40,039 nt of DNA from Octopus bimaculoides (Eukaryota): the NCBI RefSeq assembly GCF_001194135.2, contig NC_068988.1, forward strand, positions 81,972,800 to 82,012,838, read 5' to 3'. The notes under the pieces are model-generated. The model made no database searches. It saw nothing but the letters and a program-made list of their open reading frames with translations, and had not been told where the DNA came from. Positions within the stretch are counted from its first letter, which is position 1, and each line of letters begins with the position of its first letter. The position numbers and the translations under genes are program-made. Shown piece after piece: positions 34,280 to 40,039 of the stretch.

Positions 34280-35108
34280 ATGTGGATGAGGAGAGGTGCT
34301 GAAAGTTCGGGAAGTGGTTCAGATATGCAAATCCAAAGAGAAGGAAGTTCAGTCAGAAGCAAACTGGAGAGAACCACGTGAGCATATGATATATAGTTAA
34401 AATTTAAAGAAAAACAAAAGTTGAAGACAGGTTTATGAACAACAAGCAAATGTATTAGTTTGACGCTCAGGAAAAGTGAAAAAGTCTTGTACGTTTCGAG
34501 CTTATGCTCTTCAACAGAAGGGAATAAGAGAAAATAAAAGAGAGAATGAAAAAAACCTGTAGATTTCAAACTGATACACTTGTTGTTCATACATCTGTCT
34601 TCGTCTTTTGTTTTTCTATAGAAAACTTCGCCCATATATATATCCACTTCAACCTGTTCCACTGTCTGTTGTCCTTTTGTTTCCAATCCTTAAGGATTTC
34701 TGTCTTACCGTTACCCATACTTTCGTCTTCGTCTAGCCCTAAGGCTATATCTTGTTTGTCTATTATTTCGTTTTTGTCCTTCGTCCGTCAACGAACGGAC
34801 TCGGCTTGAATTAAATTTATTCATTTTCGTCTGTTCACTTCTGTATTGCTTTTTTATCCATTTATTGTCTGTCCGTTCTCGTTCTGTTATGTTTCGGTCC
34901 CATTTCCAGGCAGTTCGTGCCGGTCGCTACCAGAAGGGAATCGATATTATTGATAACGGCACGAAATTGCATTTTGACCCTCTGGCCGATAACTGATGAG
35001 GAGTTGGAGATCTTCTGTGTCTGTTTTCCGCTGGTCAGTGCATTTATTATATGCTTTTCGACTTGCTACTCTGTGTCTGTTTTCCGTTCGTTTGTACATT
35101 TACGATGC

Positions 35109-35145
<37 letters not shown>

Positions 35146-35467
35146 GTTGATTCACATGAAATGTATTTTAAATAGGCTTCTTATGAGTCTTATGAAGCCT
35201 ATTTAAAATATATTTCATGTGAGACAACCTAAATGTATTTTTAATGAGTTTTTATGTGTGTGCTTGTGTTTACTCCTAACTCTTGTTCTTTCTAGACAAT
35301 ACTATTACTCAAAATTGTTGCCCACAACTCTTATGAGACAATGTTGACAATACAGAGATTGTGAGACTAACGATGAAGAGTTGAACGAAAATAGTGTTGA
35401 AAAATACGACCAGATTGACATACGACCAGATCGACTTACGCCTTGTCAGTCGGAACGGAATTCGGTC
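34280..35467 (+). other. Candidate spliced exons (to 34377; 34910-35033; 35296-35467) of an unidentified transcript
   Basis: Donor AC|GTGAGC at 34378; long pyrimidine tract plus TTCCAG| at 34909; donor CTG|GTCAGT at 35034; CTAAC branch site plus TTCTTTCTAG| at 35295; donor |GTAAGT at 35468. Confidence 0.3.
35142..35232. mobile_element. 91-bp palindromic MITE with mariner-like ends
   Basis: 39-bp arms (TTAGGTTG...CAACCTAA), 3 mismatches, 13-nt loop; sits at the end of a (TA)n run. Confidence 0.7.
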
Positions 35468-35510
35468 GTAAGTCAAGAAGAAATGTGTGTGTGTGTGTGT
35501 GTTATATATG

Positions 35511-35544
<34 letters not shown>

Positions 35545-36856
35545 TGCATGTATGTATGAGTATCTATTTACTTTTAAGATATTTCTCTGTGTGTGAAAAA
35601 AAATTATATACTTAGAAGAAGAAAAATGGAATTTAAAAATCCTTCCAGATATCAATAAAACACTCAGCAAAGAATTTGGTTACAAATGTTCAACAATTTA
35701 GACACCAGTAAATGTGAGCAGAAAACGTATGTATGTATGTATGTATTATGTATATATGTATTGCATCGATTACGCGATTGTTCGCTCGTTTCGCTCGGTT
35801 GGAAAATTTTGAAGCGTAGTGAAATAAAAGCTGTCTGACTTTCCAACAATATGTACTTGTCTTTATGTCAGTCAATCAACGATAAAATAACCGAAACAGT
35901 GAAATCGAGAGACGTTGCTTGTGTAGTGTTGTGGTGGAATGTTTTTAGCAAACAATGGAGAATTTATGCGGAGGTTTATGGCTTCTAAATATTTTGCTTT
36001 ATAATGGTTTGGTTTTTACGATCCGAGTTTACACTATGATCTGAGTTTACTTTTGTTACAATGGCATCAAATTGTTTTTTTTTTCTTTTTTTTTTTTTTT
36101 TGAAACGTATTTTCGACGTGGGCTTTATGGGCACAAATTATAACCAACTGGGGATACGTAATCCTTCCTAAATGTTGATCTGGATGTAGATTTAATGAAG
36201 CGGATTATGATCAATCGGAGATTTAAACGTCATATATTATTTATGAGATTTCAACGTAATATTTCTTTCTTTCGTTTTTGTTTTTTTTTTATGCCAAAAG
36301 GGAGTTTAGAATATTTATAAAATCACATCTAAATTCAAAAATAAATTAAAATAAAAATTTCATGATGTAAAAAGTTTTTTAAAAAAACACTAAATTTCAA
36401 ATCTGGAAAAGGTTTACGAGAGTGGGGAGTATTCAAATGTAATAATTTAGCATTAAATTTATAAAATATGGATTACTTAAGGATTTAAAACTTCGAAAAA
36501 TGTGAATAATTTATACTATATAGTGGGCGGGTGTAGATGTTTATAGCGAAAGTTGAAGTTAATGGGGTAATTTGTAGAAAGTTAAAACTGTAAATGAAAG
36601 AAGCCGGAGTTGAATGAAAACTATGAAAACGAAAAAAAAAGAAATAAAAAGGCGAAAAATATAAGTTATTAGCAGGTGTTTTCAAGTTATACACACACAC
36701 ACACACACACACATACACACACACATGCATAGACACGTACATACAAACCTACTATATTCCACGATTTATGAAGTGCACAAGCTCGTAAGGTTATCTCAGT
36801 TTTGACAGGCTCTCTTTTGAAAGAAGTTAAAATCCCTGAAATATAGGTGTGTACAA

Positions 36857-37375
36857 TTATATTTAACACATTCGTGTACACTCAGACGCGGAAAGACTTT
36901 CGCTGCGGAAACTGTTTCGGGAGAGAAATTCTTTTTATAGTTACTGTGTGTGGAAAGCACTCCACTGGGAAGACACGTATTTCCCCGTCGTTGTTTCATC
37001 AATCATGGATATCAGATCTATCGTTCACGACTAAGAACTGCCGTTCCTATATTTAAACAGTAGATAATCAATTTTCTGAGGTGTACAAAAACTTTCCCAA
37101 GCTGGAATTAAAACTAAAAGTGCACTAAACAGATTGAAATACAGTAGGCTGTGAATGATAAACTTCGTGTCTGTAAATGATAAAGCGAAACGATGCTGAA
37201 ACACGTATCCTACAACACGATGACGTCGCTCATCGCCCAGTGTTTTTTTTTTGTTTTGTTTTTGGTGGGGGCGAGGGTTACATATATTGTGTATAGGGAG
37301 GATTTCTCTCCCCGGCCAATTTTCTCAGCGAAGGTCTTTCTATGCTTGAGTGTAAACAAGCGCGTTAATCATAGC
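36857..37375. repeat. Old inverted repeat pair
   Basis: About 36870-36935 (ACACTCAG..GAAAGACTTTCGCTG..GGGAGAGAAAT) matches the reverse complement of about 37296-37362. Confidence 0.65.
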
Positions 37376-37438
37376 TTCCCAAAGTGGGCGATTTCAACTT
37401 ACAGGTGGGCGATAGGCGAATTTCTAGAAAATGGTGGG

Positions 37439-37815
37439 NNNNNNNNNNNNNNNNNNNNNNNNNNNNNNNNNNNNNNNNNNNNNNNNNNNNNNNNNNNNNN
37501 NNNNNNNNNNNNNNNNNNNNNNNNNNNNNNNNNNNNNNNNNNNNNNNNNNNNNNNNNNNNNNNNNNNNNNNNNNNNNNNNNNNNNNNNNNNNNNNNNNNN
37601 NNNNNNNNNNNNNNNNNNNNNNNNNNNNNNNNNNNNNNNNNNNNNNNNNNNNNNNNNNNNNNNNNNNNNNNNNNNNNNNNNNNNNNNNNNNNNNNNNNNN
37701 NNNNNNNNNNNNNNNNNNNNNNNNNNNNNNNNNNNNNNNNNNNNNNNNNNNNNNNNNNNNNNNNNNNNNNNNNNNNNNNNNNNNNNNNNNNNNNNNNNNN
37801 NNNNNNNNNNNNNNN
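37439..37815. other. Assembly gap
   Basis: N run. Confidence 1.
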
Positions 37816-38089
37816 AAAGTTATGAGGGGTTATATGTGGTGCATAATTCTGTGGTTTCATATTAAAACACAAGTGCTATTTTCAGGATGTTGACAAAATG
37901 TGCAGTCACGTACATAATGAAAGCTTTGAAATCGTGTTTCTTGACTTGGTGAAAATGATCAAACTTTAAACCTCTATAACTTTTTAAAAACATTTTTCTT
38001 GTAAAAGTTGAATAACTCCAGCCATTTAGCTTGGAAAGGAACATTAATGTGCCAAATTTTAAAATTTTCGATAAACTTTAATTTTTGAA

Positions 38090-39819
38090 ATGCTGGCAGC
38101 CAAACGAACTAGATCCGAATTTGCTCCAGTAAAGACGTATCATTTGACTACTCTATCGACTTCTTCTCTTTGGGAATACCATACTACCTTTCTGATGTGC
38201 CTTCTTTGCCATCATACATTGACCAACGAAGCAGTGAAACCTTCACGCTTGAAGTATCACTTTGATGCCAAAGCATTCTGAGAAGGACAAGCCGTCATCA
38301 TACTTTTTGCAACTGAGCTCCTCTTTCAAAAAGTAAGAACAAACATTCAACACGCTACTCCAGGAAACTAGTAAAGAGGAGAATGACGGGTTGATTCCAC
38401 CGTACAACATTGCATTGCTTGTTGCTAAGTCTGGGAGGTTTCACACAAATGGAGAAACATTACTTCGCTCAGTTATCGAAGAGATTTTATCAGCTGTTAT
38501 GCACGAAAAACCCGATAACATTATGAAGAAATTCCCGCTTAGTAATAACACAATTTCTCGAAGCATCGATAAAATGACCAACGATATCAAACATCAGCTC
38601 TTTAATATTCTCCAGCGTTCTGAATTTTCTATATAAATGGATGAGTCAACTCAGCGAAGACCTTCAGCTTTGTGAGGAAATGCTGTTCACAGAAATTGCC
38701 GCTTGATTCAAGAGGTGCAATTTTTCACACTCTCAAGTTTTTCCTTTTTGAACCTAATATCCCACTCAGTAATATTCTTGCCTGTACGTCTGATGGAGCC
38801 CCTTCGATGATAGGCAGATACAGAGGTTTTTCATCTCTCCTAAAGCGTGAATTTTCCCACCAGATACGAACTGTTCATTGCTTGGCACAACGGCAGCATT
38901 TAGTGGCAAAAAATATGAACGGTAGGTTGAATGATGCACTACAGTTAGTTATCAAGACTGAACAAATTGAAGTCCAGTCCCTTGTCTGATCGAATTTTCC
39001 ATCAACTCTGTCTGAGAAATGATGAGGACCATGCTGAACTCTTATACCCTGCCGAAGTGCAGTGGCTGTCAAAAGGAAACTGTGTTTTACGCTTTGTTGA
39101 ACTGTTTTATATAATCATATCTTTCTTTGAAGATACTCCACTATCCACTTCATTGATGGCTGCAAGATGCGATGTCTTTTTTCTTTGTGATATATCCACA
39201 AAATGAAATGATTTGAATAAGTTATTACAAGGAAACAGAAAAACTCCCGTTAATTGTAAATCACTTATCACTACTTTCATTTCGAAATTGGTGTTGTATA
39301 AGACTAACATTTCAAAACGTCAATTCCATCAATTCCCACAACTTGATTTTTGAAAGATGAATTAATTGATGAGGATTTAACTACATATCGCAACTATTTA
39401 CAAACATTGCACAATAACATGGCGGGGCGATTTCAAGATGTTATTGCGCTGAATATTCCAAATTGTTATAGCAATCTGTTTCAGGTCGATGCAGTCGATT
39501 GCGAGAATAACGCTCAGGAGGAATTGATAGAATTAGAAAATGACAATGACGCCACAATGCGATATCGCCGTAATGGCAAAGAAGGTTTGTGGTACCATCA
39601 GAGTATATTGAATTTCTACCCCAGTCTGTGGAAACACCTGAAATTACTTTTGCTTGCCTACCCTATCTCATACCTGGTTGAATTTGCTTTTAACTATGTT
39701 GTAACTTTACTTTCCCATAAAAGAATTGGACTGGATATGACGCAACGAGAAAGTTGACAAGTTTGAAACCGAATGTATCTGCACTAGATGCATCGCACCA
39801 GACACTTGGTTCTCATTAA
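38090..39819 (+). pseudogene. hAT (Buster/Charlie; ZBED5/SCAND3-like) transposase pseudogene
   Basis: BED-like MCLLC..NEAVKPSRLKYHF; PLSNNTISR; FSI*MDEST; CTSDGAPSMIG; VHCLAQRQHL; VQWLSKGNCVLRF; LLAYPISYLVEFAF; ends GSH* at 39819. Multiple frameshifts and stops. Confidence 0.9.
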
Positions 39820-40039
39820 AAAGTTTTATTAATTTCCTTTATAATACAATCATTAATTATTTTTGCATCGGTAGTTCTGATCAATAGTTCATTTGGGGAA
39901 AATGAAAATCAGTGTAAAAGAAAGCACAAGTTTCCAAAAGTTAATCTGTCTGAAAAATATAGAGCTAACGTTAGAATTTTATTCACACTAATGGCAAAAC
40001 TAAACCCACAATAAAGGATTTGTAAATAACCACATATTT

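Noticed and set aside
34243-34809. ORFs 34243..34686 (-) and 34546..34809 (+)
   Set aside because: F/L/S-rich translations of T-rich sequence with no domain motifs.
630-37893. Long ORFs made of X, YIYI, CVCV, poly-I/N/R/S/F/L
   Set aside because: They are translations of N gaps and microsatellites, not genes.
38090-39757. Functional ZBED5/SCAND3 gene
   Set aside because: Split over several frames with in-frame stops and no splice signals bridging them.

Overview
AT-rich, repeat-dense eukaryotic scaffold with 7 N-gaps. It is most likely octopus or another cephalopod; this is inferred from recognising the SINE families and the microsatellite load, not from a database search. I recognise no intact host gene, rRNA, tRNA or CRISPR array. 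The window is mostly decayed mobile DNA: about 10 fragments of R4/Dong-clade (RLE-type) non-LTR retrotransposons from at least three subfamilies, a Gypsy gag-protease relic, an ORF1-only L1/Tx1-like element, an internally deleted CR1, a hAT (Buster/ZBED5-like) transposase pseudogene, three or four tRNA-SINE types and many microsatellites. The most interesting points are: (1) a head-to-tail chain of four R4/Dong copies nested in each other's (AAT)n tails; (2) a half-L1-like ORF1-only element with an extra C-terminal domain; (3) a duplicated element with a 66-nt invariant structured core resembling a degenerate hammerhead; (4) a twin-priming-like inversion in an RLE element; (5) eight fold-back structures, including a MADE1-like mariner hairpin, a 450-bp fold-back carrying half a hammerhead motif, and a 320-bp spacerless palindrome that may be an artefact; (6) promoter and splice signals at 30.4-35.5 kb hinting at an unannotated + strand transcript. 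Family names come from motif recognition only, and element boundaries are approximate (tens of bases).
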